This document shows, in pieces, positions 1-11,860 of a stretch of DNA of 64,000 nucleotides. The position numbers and the translations under genes are program-made. Position 1 is the first letter of the stretch; each line of letters begins with the position of its first letter. The notes below the pieces were generated by a model that saw only the letters and a program-made list of their open reading frames with translations, made no database searches and had not been told where the DNA came from. The DNA is from Octopus bimaculoides (taxonomy: Eukaryota), in NCBI RefSeq assembly GCF_001194135.2, contig NC_069001.1, forward strand, positions 22,974,107-23,038,106, given 5' to 3'.

Positions 1-298
1 GCCTGACTGGCTCCTGTAGGATTTTCGAGCGAGATCGTTGCCAGTGCCCCTGGACTGGCTTGTGCGGGTGGCACATAAAAGACACCATTTCGAGCGTGGC
101 CGTTTTCGTGCGGGTGACACCTAAAAGCACCCACTACACTCTCTGAGTGGTTGGCGTTAGGAAGGGCATCCAGCTGTAGAAACTCTGCCAAATTAGACTG
201 GAGCCTGGTGTTGCCATCCGGTTTCACCAGTCCTCAGTCAAATCGTCCAACTCATGCTAGCATGGAAAGCGGACGTTAAACGATGATGATGATGATGA
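1..298 (+). mobile_element. SINE family B, 3' part (RTE-like tail ending in (GAT)n)
   Basis: Ends ...catgctagcatggaaagcggacgttaaacgatgatgatg; the same tail recurs about 10 times in the window. Confidence 0.8.
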
Positions 299-315
299 TA
301 TATATATATATATAT

Positions 316-727
316 GGAGTGGCTGTGTGTAAGGAGCTTACTTCCCAATCACATGGATCCAGGTTCAGTCCCACTGCATAGCACCTTGGGTAGGTATCTT
401 CTACTATAGTCTTAGGCTGACCAGAGCCTTGGGAGTGGATTTGGTAGATGGAAACTGAAAGAAGCTCATCGTATATGTGTGTGCGTGTGTGTGTGTGTGT
501 GTGTATGTATTATGTATTTGTCTGTGTTTGTTCAACCCACTATTGCTTGACAACCGATGCTGGTGTGTTTATATCCCCGTAACTTAGCAGTTCGGCGAAA
601 GTGATCAATAGAATAAGTACAAGGCTTACAAAGAATATATCCTGGGGTTGATTTGTTCAACTAAAAGGGTAGTGCTCCAGCATGGCCAAAGTCAAATGAC
701 TGAAGCAAGTAACAGAATAAAAGAATA
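316..727 (+). mobile_element. SINE family A (tRNA-like head, internal (TA/TG)n, tail ...cagcatggccacagtcaaatgactgaaacaagtaaaagaata)
   Basis: A-box/B-box-like head (ggagtggctgtgtg...ggttcagtccc); body shared with more than 12 copies here. Confidence 0.85.
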
Positions 728-914
728 TATATATTTATATAGTTTTAGCAGAAGTAACACAATGACTCAAGGTCTGAGAGTCTCTTGCGTTGGCACTTAT
801 CAAACAACACACAAAACTCTGGTCCTTGAGTCACGCAGTTACTTTTGCTAAATATTAATAAAAACATACATAGACACATATTTTGAGTCCTATTTTTCAT
901 GTTTGCACCAACAT

Positions 915-985
<71 letters not shown>

Positions 986-2254
986 GGTTGAATTAGATTT
1001 GTCCTTTAATTTGGAGGTTTCCAAAAACGATTTCTAATATTGATTCTTCATATTTTGCTGATAGTTTACCGGCGTAAATTTGCGAATGTGAAAATAATAC
1101 TTGTATATGATGTGTTGTGAATTTATGGAAGGAATCCCATAAAACTCAACAAATTTGTTGAAAATGGAGAAGAGATGTTAAACTAAGAATTTTAATTCAT
1201 TCAGACAATCATTTCGTATAGAGGCATAAAAATCATGCATATTCATGGTTGAATTGAATTAATTAGATTAATTGAATTAATTATATATCACTGTACTCTT
1301 CAATACAAGAAATATAAGCAACATTTTTACAAAGAACTTGATAAAGGAAAAAGCAGAATAGAATCTAGGAGATTCATATCTATCTTTATGAGAAAAACAG
1401 ATGTGAGTCCAGTTAGGTATTAAACTATAACTAAAAACTATAATGGTTATTTGAAAATATATGTAAAAGAGGTTTCAAAGACGTTCCCTCTATAGATGAG
1501 TAAGGAGATTAGAAATTTTAATTCTAAATAAGTTGCATAGGGCAAAGATTGTATAGAAATGTCCAATGGAAAGGTATGGCTATATTTGAATTAAATATGA
1601 TCTGACAGTTAGAAACAATACTTAGTGTGGTGTATATTTAAAAAAAAAATTGTAATACATGAGAATGAAGTTAATCTAGAAGAGATAGTGTATAAAGAGC
1701 TACTGGATTGTTAACAGAAACAAGTGTTAGAGAGGAAAAAAGAGTTAAAGAGAGAATAAGATGGACTTATGTTTGCATCAGAGCTAATATTTGTTAGTAT
1801 GTATTAAATATAAGGTAGAAAAGAAAGTAAAAACAGAAAAAATAGTTGTTAATATTACAATTTAGAAAGTAAATACTTGCTGTAGCTATAGAGATGACAA
1901 AAGAGTGAAGTTGAAAAAGAAAAAAAGGATGTAGGAATACAGAAAAATAACAATGTAGGGGAGATAAACAAGCTGGGAATGAAAATTAGTAAATAGACAG
2001 TTTAATTTATATGTATTCATATGTTAGGTTATTCAGTAATTATGTTATAGTATAAATAAAAATTATGAGGTAAGGAATTAGTTTGACATAATGTGAGAGG
2101 GATATATAATGGTATTAGAGTAGTATTAATATTCAAGTAATAGAAAAGTATTGTGTATTATGAATATAAGAAAAGGTACGAGTATGGGGTGTGCATACAA
2201 GTATACAAAAAAAATTTTTTATACATAACGTCAGAGAAAGAAATAATCTTATAA

Positions 2255-2504
2255 GGAAAATTGTTAGTATATTTACTCATACGTGAGTAGAAGCAGATCT
2301 GCACATTAGTATACATAGATATAGGAATTCTAGTTGCTTTTTAATTAGGGTAAACATAAAAGAAGGAACATTGTACAAAATTATATATACTCATACTAGT
2401 ACAAGGAGAGAAAAGGCACACACATATATCGATATAAATACACACACATATAAAAATAGTAGTATATATGTGTGTATGCAAAACATACATATATATGCAG
2501 ATAC
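2255..2504. repeat. Left arm of ~250-bp inverted repeat (partner 4857-5114) bracketing the PLE ORF; pseudo-LTR-like
   Basis: ggaaaattgttagtatatttactcat...gcagatctgcacattagtatacatagatataggaattctagttg matches the reverse complement of 4857-5114 with scattered substitutions. Confidence 0.9.
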
Positions 2505-3064
2505 ACACGTTCATATTAAAAATACATGTTAGTGGCAACATATAGTAAATAAACACAAAATAATAGATATTCACTCACTGATGACATATAAGATCCATAT
2601 CTAGATATGCACGCATGGGTGTAGGCATGTAGGACACCAGGAAGTACTGTATATGTTTGCATATATCAGCAGTAAAATACTTTTAATTATCAGGTAAAGT
2701 TACTAGTAACATAAACCACTAATAATTAGAACGGGTGTGTCGATAAATGGACACATTATGCAAATAAAATAAAATACAAAAATTGTAGGTATATTATATA
2801 CTAAGGAAAGATATAATAATTTTAAAAACAAACAGACATATTGAGAGAAAAGGAGGTGTAGGGAGAGGTTGATGAAGTGTTAGCCCAATATATAGTGGGT
2901 CATGCAAAAATAAAAAAATATCAACATAGTGTAAGATATAGTGATGTAAAGTGCATGTGATGAGTAATCGTTTTCCATAGAAAAAGATAATATATAGTAA
3001 TATTTTTAAAAAACACCAAAAAGTAATCTGAGCAAGTGGGGAGTGAAGAATTATTTAAGATTGA

Positions 3065-4856
3065 TAAATAGGAATTTGGTAGTGTGTTTACATGAGATAG
3101 TATTAATCAGATTTCCATTCATTCTCATTATGTTATAGCTTTCTTCCAAACACAACCTACAATTTTTATTATTATATCTGTAAGAGGAGGAAGAAGATAG
3201 GATTTTCCAAGAAATTGAGGAATCGATATTGTTTCTTTTGAGGTGTCAAATTTTTTTAGATCGACCTGTGCTATTCTCATTTCTAGGGTCCCTAAAAGAA
3301 GATCTATGCTTATGAATTCTCAATTTAAGAGAATTTTTCGTGCAACCCATGCATATGTATTTAAAGGAGTCCTGAGTAATAATAGGTGCTTGGTATACAA
3401 ATTCTTTAATTTTGCAGTTTCTATCTCCTTCACTCCTTCACAGGCATTTGGGTCACTACAATTACAATTTAAATTATTGGGTGGTACAACGATGTTATGT
3501 CTATGTTTATTAGGGATAATTGAGTTCTGGTTATTATCATTATAGTAGTTGTTAATTATAGGATTATTGGAGGTACTAGGTACATTTAATATAGTTTTTT
3601 TTTTTATAGAATAGATCCAGTTTCTTATTGTTAAGAGGAGAGATTATCCTAAAGAGATTAAGAGAAATTGAAAATCGAAATCTAATTTTTTTATTATTAA
3701 ATATTTTTGCGCATTTAGAGTTTTTGAAGTTTTTATTAATTATCATTCTAATGGATCTAATAAAGTTAGATTTTAGATGTTTGGCAAAAGGGATTATTGT
3801 CCAAGTAGTGTTATTGCTGTTTTCTTTATTGGAATGATGGGCTGTGTTTGGGAAGGTCAGCTATTCTCACACAAGGCATTGGTTTCTGTTTTGCTATTCT
3901 ATCCCCATCTTTATTAATTTGAGTTCTCTGGTTATGTATATTATTGAAGGAATTAGGTGAGTTTAGATTATTTTCATTTTTTTCTGCTTGTTGTCAGTAT
4001 TCTTGGGTTTATTAATGTTAATATTAGTGTGGTTAGTAAGGTGGGAATTGATAAAATTTATATTATTTTTTCCTTTAGTAAAGTTATGGTTATGGTGCTC
4101 ATATTGATTAAGTTCGTTAGTATGTCTATTGTAGTTGTGATTTTTGTGTTTTTTGCTAAAGTTATTTTTGATGATTATTATTGAGAGTTTTTTAATATGT
4201 TTATTGGGGTGTACTAATTCATCAGGTGACTGAGGTTCACTAATATTATCTACGTTATTCATTTCAAGATAAAGTTTGGTATTATTAGTATTGAGGCTAT
4301 CATTTTTATTATACTTAATTTCATATTTATATCCTGCATTCTTAAGTGCTAGGTTATAGTAGTCTTTATGTTTGTTAAATATTTGTTCATTAGATGATAA
4401 TAGATTAATTCTTCTCTCTATGTTAGTGGTCAGGTTTTCTATAATGTTATATGGATGGTTACTTTGTGCATTTATGTATGTGATATTGTTGTTAAGTTTA
4501 TGGTAAGGCTGATGGGAGGAAGTATTGAGACTGAAGTTAACATCTAGGAAGTTCACAGAGGTTGTTACCTTTTTCGATGGTAATGGATAGTCCTTGGTTT
4601 TTAAAAAAAATTGTGTAGTCTATTTTTGTAGAGTTCAAGTTTTCTGTTGGGGTTATTTCTAACTAAGAATAGAGTATCGTCCTGGTAAAGTCCACCTTCT
4701 AATTCAGGGAATTCTTCTTTAAGTTCATATAGCAGGTAAATCCCGACTAAATCGGTTACCTCTGCAGAGTCTTGGGCGTCCATGGGTACATCAAAACAGT
4801 CTGGTGTATCTTTCCTAGTCCAATATTTACCTTCATGAAATATAGTTTTTCTAGCT
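3065..4856 (-). mobile_element. Penelope-like retroelement (Naiad-type), 5'-truncated and decayed: RT core and thumb, linker, GIY-YIG endonuclease
   Basis: Minus strand gives CFDVPMDAQDSAEVTDLVGIYLL...GLYQDD, then NFLDVNFSL...PYHKLNNNITYINAQSNHP (ORFs 4601-4894, 3963-4556), WTIIPF near 3790, then NCNC..C..C..FVYQA...MGCT...SF..ST..SK...W.I...Y....CRLCLEE...CKH..KFL; several frameshifts and stops. Confidence 0.88.
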
Positions 4857-5114
4857 GTATATCTGCGTATATTACATATGTTTTGCATACACACACATAC
4901 ATATACTACTATTTTTTATATGTGTGTGTATTTTTATCTATATATGTGTGTGCCTTTTCTATCCTTGTACCGGTATGAGTATATATAATTTTGTACAGTG
5001 TTCCTTCTTTTAAGTATACCCTAATCAAAAACCAACTAGAATTCCTATATCTATGTATACTAATGTGCAGATCTGCCTCTGTTCACATATGAGTAAATAT
5101 ACTAACAATTTTCC
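4857..5114. repeat. Right arm of ~250-bp inverted repeat, abutting the RT 5' truncation point
   Basis: Reverse complement of 2255-2504; RT similarity begins immediately below 4857. Confidence 0.9.
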
Positions 5115-5442
5115 GCATCCTCTTCCAAGTATATATACATATCTGTGTGTATATATAATTATAAAATCTGGTAATTAGTCATATATTAATTAATATCGAA
5201 TAATTTTCAGGCGGCCAGCACATCTAAAGAATCAAAGAGATTCAGAAATATTATCTGCAATCTCAGCGGATTAAGGTACATTTTTAAAAATAACATCGAC
5301 CACTAACGTGGACAGTTAATGCGCTAGAAATAGATCACATCTTGTGTCTATTAAGACCTAAATTGTTCTCAACATGAAATATAGCAGCATACCAAAAACG
5401 TGAGCGGGCAAGACATTTAAAATCACCTAAAAAAGCATTATT

Positions 5443-5506
5443 AAACAGGAACTAGTTTCGGATTTAACAAATTCTTACCATTTGTCTATTCCTCATCAGC
5501 CTGATT
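5443..5506 (-). ncRNA. Minimal type-I hammerhead ribozyme (PLE-associated)
   Basis: Minus strand: aatcagg-CUGAUGA-[ggaatagacaaat...atttgttaaatcc]-GAAAC-UA-GUU-cctgttt; stem I cagg/cctg, palindromic helix III ACUAGU. Confidence 0.75.
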
Positions 5507-5717
5507 TGTAATGNNNNNNNNNNNNNNNNNNNNNNNNNNNNNNNNNNNNNNNNNNNNNNNNNNNNNNNNNNNNNNNNNNNNNNNNNNNNNNNNNNNNNNN
5601 NNNNNNNNNNNNNNNNNNNNNNNNNNNNNNNNNNNNNNNNNNNNNNNNNNNNNNNNNNNNNNNNNNNNNNNNNNNNNNNNNNNNNNNNNNNNNNNNNNNN
5701 NNNNNNNNNNNNNNNNN

Positions 5718-5845
5718 TTCAAGAACTCATCGATGAAAATCCACTATCACATATAGAAAAATTAACAATTAAAAGCACAATATTGTGCTTTTAATTGTTA
5801 ATTTTTCTATATGTGATAGTGGATTTTCATCGATGAGTTCTTGAA
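5718..5845. repeat. Perfect 128-bp palindrome adjacent to assembly gap
   Basis: 64-bp arms with no spacer, centre between 5781 and 5782 (cacaat|attgtg). Confidence 0.9.
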
Positions 5846-5867
5846 ACTTGGTTATTTTCCCTAAAAC

Positions 5868-5903
<36 letters not shown>

Positions 5904-5921
5904 AATATGCACATATTTATA

Positions 5922-6122
5922 TGAGGGAGTGCAGAAACGTTCCTGGATTTGGGTAAAAGAAAATACAAAAGGATTAGTTAATTATGGTTCCTCTCCCAGA
6001 TTTGCACACTCATTGCAACAATCCTTCGGTTTTTTAAACCCTATAAAAGAACTCAGAACGTTGGGCCTCCAGCCAGGCCTCTTCCACAATATCCTTAAAA
6101 CCAACAACTTTTCAGCACCTCA
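5922..6122 (+). mobile_element. Mariner-type MITE (~200-215 bp), copy 1
   Basis: Degenerate TIRs gagggagtgcagaaacgttcctgg / ccaacaacttttcagcacctc; internal sequence shared with 15749-15964 and 23016-23229. Confidence 0.75.
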
Positions 6123-6466
6123 TTGTGCATGCATTTATATATGTGTGCATATATGCATGTATTGAATGTATATAATTATTTGAAAGATTACATATTATAT
6201 ATGATTATGCATGTATATGTGTGTGAGTGCATGTATGTGTGTGTGTTCCTGTGTTTATACTCATACATATGCACATGCACAAAGTCATGCACAAAAATGC
6301 ACACACTTGCATTCTACTTTTCTTGTTACAATTTCTCTTTTACTTCAATACAAATGTCTGCATTAGCATCATCATTCTGTACTCTCTCACAGCATTTCTG
6401 ATTAGCTCTGCTCAGAATCTGTCTGTCCGTCTCCCTGTCTGTATACCTGTCTGTCTCTCCCTCTAC

Positions 6467-6503
<37 letters not shown>

Positions 6504-6772
6504 TCTCTCCACTCATTAACTGCTGTGCTGATACCAGTTAGTGAAATCACAAAAAGCACCATAGCATGCAACACCTTGCTCAGCTGGCTGGAGATCATAC
6601 GGAGTTCACTCTAATTCATGTCTATATTGTGTTCTAGGCTTATAAAACTGTCTAATTGGATGCTGATCTAATTAGAGATATGTACAACATATTAAAGTCA
6701 AATCAATGGCCAGTAATTGTCAGGAAGTTACTGTAAAGGAGGTTGCGGGTTTCTACAAGGGTTGACACAGTT

Positions 6773-6775
<3 letters not shown>

Positions 6776-6812
<37 letters not shown>

Positions 6813-6815
6813 TCT

Positions 6816-6862
<47 letters not shown>

Positions 6863-7395
6863 TGTGTGTGTGTGTAAGGTACTGTGATGATCAGTTTTTA
6901 TTTGTTCTGGTGGTGTATTTAGTGGTATTTCTGGTCTTAGCTGTGGTTGTAGTAGATATTGTTGGGGTGATGATATTCTTAATGTGGCTCTGGGGGATGT
7001 TTGTGTTGATGCTGCTGCTGCTGCTGCTGCTGCTGGTGATGATGATGATGATGATGATGATGGTCAATTAACTGTTATGAGTTGTGTTAGTTATAGCAGT
7101 AGCAATAGTAGTATTTGCTATTAACATAAAGATAAAATCAGCATCATCATCATCAACAGTAGTAGCATTACCACCATCATCATCATCATCATCACTATCA
7201 TCATCATTATCATCATTACCATCATCATTGTCATCATCACCATCATCACCACCACCACCTCCATCATCAGCAGTCTCATCATCACCATCATCACCACTAC
7301 TACCATTATCATCATTGTCACCATCATTATCATCATCACCATCATCATCATCATTACCATCATCGTCGTCATCATCCTCATTCTCATTATTATTA
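6776..7395. repeat. Compound microsatellite/low-complexity tract: (GT)n, (GCT)n, (GAT)n, (CAT/CAC)n
   Basis: Read directly; explains the poly-D/S/M ORFs. Confidence 0.95.
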
Positions 7396-7800
7396 TCGCA
7401 GACGGCGTCCAGTATCCAAATTTCTGACGTTGATGATACTATGCCTGCCAAGGGTTTGTACTCTCTGTCAAGTTACAACTGAGACCTCAAACAGACAGTA
7501 CTTTATGCAGTTTGCACACAGTTCTAAGAAAGGTTTTTGCAATACATCAAGATTGCAGGGTATTTCTGAAATATCCAGATGTTTCTTCAGGTTGGGTGGT
7601 ATTGAACCCAATGCTCTGATGACAACAGGAACAACCTTTATGATTGATGCTTGCGTCTGCCACATCTGGACAGTTTCAATTTTCAGATCTGCATTTTTGA
7701 GATTATATACAAAGTCCAATGCACCCATCATGACTACCCGTCTGATAGGGTTACACTATGCACATTCATCACAAGCATGTGTGCAACATGATGACCTAAT
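7386..7800 (-). mobile_element. 3' fragment of R4/Dong-like non-LTR retrotransposon (C-terminal restriction-like endonuclease region, 3' UTR, short (TAA)n tail)
   Basis: ORF 7468-7731: DLKIETVQMWQTQASIIKVVPVVIRALGSIPPNLKKHLDISEIPCNLDVLQK resembles the LKIEIERMW..V.PVVIGALG...L.KHL..L.I...LQK pattern. Confidence 0.72.
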
Positions 7801-7819
7801 ATCAAGATAAACAGTGCAT

Positions 7820-8205
7820 GACCTTTCAGGTGGGGCCCAGTTAGAATTTTCTTCAGGTTGAGTAACCATCCCACTCAAAAGGTCCCTGAATAAGGGTTGT
7901 TTAATGATGTTGAATAAAACACCCAGGTTTCCAGAGGTGGATTATTCAAATCCCCCAAAATTCCTCTTAACACATGGCCATTATGCCCCCCCCCACTAAT
8001 CCTGCTCATGATCAGAGATGCACTTATTATCAATCATTAAGGGACTTACTCAACTGATTAAGGTAAAGCAAATCAGTGGTATTGAGCAGAGTACTTGCTG
8101 TAGCCCCATCTTTTACACCAAGATAAAACATGTACATGATAACACTTCCAATCAGTTAAGATCAGAAGACATGAAAGCCACTGACTGGTTCTGCATCAAG
8201 GTACA
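7820..8205. repeat. Unclassified interspersed repeat (SINE-like body)
   Basis: GC-richer block (cagaggtggattattcaaa...cacttccaatcagttaagatcagaag) recognised as a common octopus repeat; single copy here. Confidence 0.4.
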
Positions 8206-8235
8206 TTATTAATATGATGATCATCATCATTATTG

Positions 8236-8449
8236 AGGTGGTGAGCTGGAAAAATCGTTCGCACGCCAGGCGAAATGCCTAGCAGTGTTTTGTCTATCTT
8301 TACATTCTGAGTTCAAATTCCGCCTAGGTCAACTTTGCCTTTCATGCTTTCAGGGTCGATAAATCAAGTACCAGTTGTATACTGGGGGCGGTCTAATCAA
8401 CTGGCCCCTTCCTCCAAAATTTCAGGCCTTGTTCCTGGAGTAGAAAAGA

Positions 8450-8505
<56 letters not shown>

Positions 8506-8968
8506 GATGGTGAGCTGGCAGAATCATTTGCATGTCAGGCAAAATGCTTAGCAGTATTTCGTCCATCTTCATGTTCTGAGTTCAAATTCTGCTGAGGTTG
8601 ACTTTACCTTTCATCCTTTCAGGGTCTATAAAATTAGTACCAATTATGCACTGGGGTCATTGTAATTGACTAGCCCCCACCCACTAGAATTTCAGGTCTT
8701 GTGCTTATAGTAGAAAGGATTAGTATTGTTGTTGTTGGTGTTGTTGTTAAGGTGGTGAGCAGGCAGACTCACCAGCATGCCAAAGAAGATGTTAAGCAGC
8801 ATTTTGTTTGTCTTGACATTCTAAGTTCAAATTCTACCAAGATAGACTTTGCTTTGAATTCTTCCAGGGCTGAGGAAATAAGTACCAATTGAGCCCTGGG
8901 GTGGGGGGTCGATGTAATTGAATCACACCCTACCCACCAAAATGTCAGGGTGTGTGTCTATAGAGCAA
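8236..8968 (+). mobile_element. Three head-to-tail SINE family C copies (~8236-8452, 8504-8716, 8750-8968)
   Basis: Each has ggtgagctggcagaatc...ctgagttcaaattc..aggtcgactttgcctttcatcctttc...aagtaccagtt...actggggtc; separated by (TAT)n/(TGT)n. Confidence 0.85.
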
Positions 8969-8989
8969 AGGCTTATGGATATAGTCGTT

Positions 8990-9005
8990 GGTGGTGGTCG
9001 TGCTG

Positions 9006-9039
<34 letters not shown>

Positions 9040-9730
9040 CAGTAGCAGCAGTAGCAGCAGTAGTGAGGTGTTTGCAGGGGTCGGGAGTATTGGTGGTATT
9101 GGCAATAACTTTGATGATTGTTGTTAAGCATTGGGGTTTGTGATGGCTATTGTACTGTCATTGTTCAACAAGTGAGTCTCATTCTGATGAAGGAAGAAAG
9201 AACAGCTGAGTCAACCCACTCTACTGATAAACGATGACATAGATAACAATGGTGGTGGTGGTGGTGGTAGTGGTGGTTGGGGGTAGTTGGGGGTGGTTGG
9301 GGGTAACGGTAGCTGAATGGGTTTTAGAAAGTAGTTATTAACTGTGGATGTATTTAGGAAGAATAGATATACTGTCACTGCTAATGATGAAGGTGGCAAT
9401 AATGGTGGTAGTGGTGATGGTGGCGTTAGTGGTGGTGCAGGATGATGGTTGTAGTGGGGATGGTGGTGGTTGTTGTGTGGTGATGGAAGTGTTAGTGGTG
9501 GAGGTGGTGTTAGTGGTGGTGATGGTGCTACTATTTATGGTGATGATGATGATGATGATGATGATAAAGGAGGCAGCTGTAATAATATTGATTTGAAGAC
9601 GAAGACAACTTTGATGACAACAGAGACATGATGATAATGATGATGATGATGATGACAATAGGTATGACGATGACACTGATGGTGATAGCTGTCATCGTAA
9701 TCTTATATATAATGCAGAAATAAGTCAAGT
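8990..9730. repeat. Trinucleotide low-complexity tract ((AGC)n, (GGT)n, (GAT)n)
   Basis: Read directly. Confidence 0.9.
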
Positions 9731-11594
9731 ATTAATTCTGATGATAAGGATTGCTGTCATAGTGACGTTATTAAGTTGTTACTATGATACATATCATAAT
9801 GTTCATATTATTGCTAACGATGTTCCTTGAAATGGTCATGTGTTTTTATTGATACTTTGGCTACCACATTGCTACCACTATTTCTGATAATGATACCAGT
9901 CATAAAAATAATAATTTCAACAAATTGAAATTTAGTGACGATTGAAATGATGGTATCGATTTTATGTATAACACGTTATGTATTTCACGTACTTTAATTA
10001 TATTTCATAAGTTAAAGATTGTGTGTGTGTGTGTCTGTATGTTCTTTTCTGTTTTTAAAGTTTTTAAGCTTTTCCTTTGAAGACGGAGCTGGTTTCTAAC
10101 AAAGCTCCATCTTTGAAATGAAGAAAAGGTAAACAATGTCATGCTTTTAATCTGAGAAAAGTCTCGCATAGTTTTCCTGTTCCACTTACAGATTGTATTT
10201 GTTATGTGTGAGTCAGTTGATTAATTTCTCTTTCTGAAAATCCAAGCTTATCCAGACTGATTGATTGGCAGGCAGGCAGGTGGGTGAGCGGGCAGGCAGG
10301 CGGGTGAGTAGGTAGGTAGGTAGGCAGGCAGGTATATTTGTCTGTCTGTTTGTCATTGTTTTGTTTTATTTCAAGATTTCTTGCCAATAGAGAAAGAACT
10401 GGTTTAGTTTCCAACCTTTATCCAAGGCTCTTTCATTGGAATTTCAACACCAGCAACAGGGTATTTTTGTATGTATGTATGTATGTATGTATGTATGTAT
10501 ACATTTAGGTATGTATGTATATATTATTTATGCAATCATGCATGCATGAATGAATGAAGCTACTAGCTTCCTTTTTTGTGTTGGTAAGAATTCTTTCACA
10601 TGTTTTTGGATTCCATCTCATTGCATGGGTTTTGACCAAGTGTTTCCTACTCTAGCTGTGGATTAACCAGTCATTTGGATGAAATTGTTACATGGAATTT
10701 ATGGAGAAATGTGTTGGGAGGAGTGTTCCAGTTCTTAGAAGGTGGTACACTTAATCTGTTTTTCAGTTTAACACTTCCATCTGTCCCTTGAGTATTGTTA
10801 GGCTCTGTTGCTAGCATTTGAATCAGATTCCTCATCTGAAGATAACTTTCTTTCTTCCTTGATCCAGCTTCAGAGATTCTGAAAATGGTCCAAAGGTTCT
10901 CCTTCCTTGTTTGACAAAGCTATTAAGAATTTAATCAGTCAATAGTGTAGGAAAATTAAATAGATTTCATTAATTAGGATCATTCTTCAAGATTCTGGTA
11001 CTAGATACCAGACTGAGATACTAGATTAATTGTGGCTTAACCCCATAAATCTTGATAGAATAAGTAATACACTTGTGCAGAAGTACATTCCATTGATTTT
11101 AATCATTCATAAAAAAATGTATGAACCCTAACCAGTCTGAGAAACCAATATTCTTTTGGGAATTTCAGTGATTAGACATTAGTTACATTGGAGCACCACA
11201 TTTAAGAGTTTAGTGAATCTTATCAACTATAAGCTTATATCAGTTTGTTGATTATTTTTACTATTCTTCATTTATTATATTCATTAATTTACATTTTTTA
11301 CATAAAAGGTGACAATCCAATTCATTAGTTTAAACGGGTAAACATAAATGAAAATAGTCACAGACACATACACACATGTTCATATAAACAGATATTCATA
11401 TATATATATACATAAACATGCAAAATGGACATCAACACTATTCCTCCATGTGATCAGCTTGAGAAATTGTTAGGATATTAAGATATTTTTCTTAACATGA
11501 AACCAGTGATAGCCTTAATATACAAAGAAATTCTATCCACCGACGTGGTGTTGAGCACTCATTTTCATCATTTGACATTTACATGTGTATATAT

Positions 11595-11860
11595 TGGTGA
11601 GAACCCCTTCGGTCATGACTGACCATGAGATTGCACCTAGAAAGTTACCCTCTCAGGCACAAGTCTGGGCAAGGTTGTTTATGGAAGACTAGCAGTTGCC
11701 ACTGCATACTGGATTCCCCTCTTCATGCCATCAAATTCACACACAAGATATTAGTGGACCTGGGGCTATAGTGGAGTACACTTGCCCAAGGTACTGTGCA
11801 GTGGGACTGAACACAAAACTGCATAGATACAGTGAATTTTTTAACCATATAACCATATCT
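11595..11860 (-). mobile_element. Chimeric SINE remnants (family D-type tail plus family A head)
   Basis: 11595-11720 matches the tail at 18075-18200; 11760-11860 matches the reverse complement of the family A head. Confidence 0.6.

Noticed and set aside
1000-2254. AT-rich purine-biased block left of the PLE inverted repeat
   Set aside because: May belong to the PLE 3' region, but I found no coding or structural motif to support it
2578-2584. Other CTGATGA hits (2578, 34832, 60332)
   Set aside because: No stem II and/or no correctly placed GAAA; expected by chance in AT-rich DNA
3246-3248. In-frame TGA in the PLE endonuclease as possible selenocysteine
   Set aside because: It falls at the conserved Trp (SKYIW-equivalent) column, not Cys; the copy has other stops and frameshifts
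7068-7482. Poly-Asp, poly-Ser and poly-Met ORFs (also 8918-9728)
   Set aside because: Trinucleotide arrays open in several frames on both strands; no splice or domain context
10690-10830. Faint CR1-like 3' end on the minus strand (TRGHRWK / WNTLP-like)
   Set aside because: Too degenerate to support by eye
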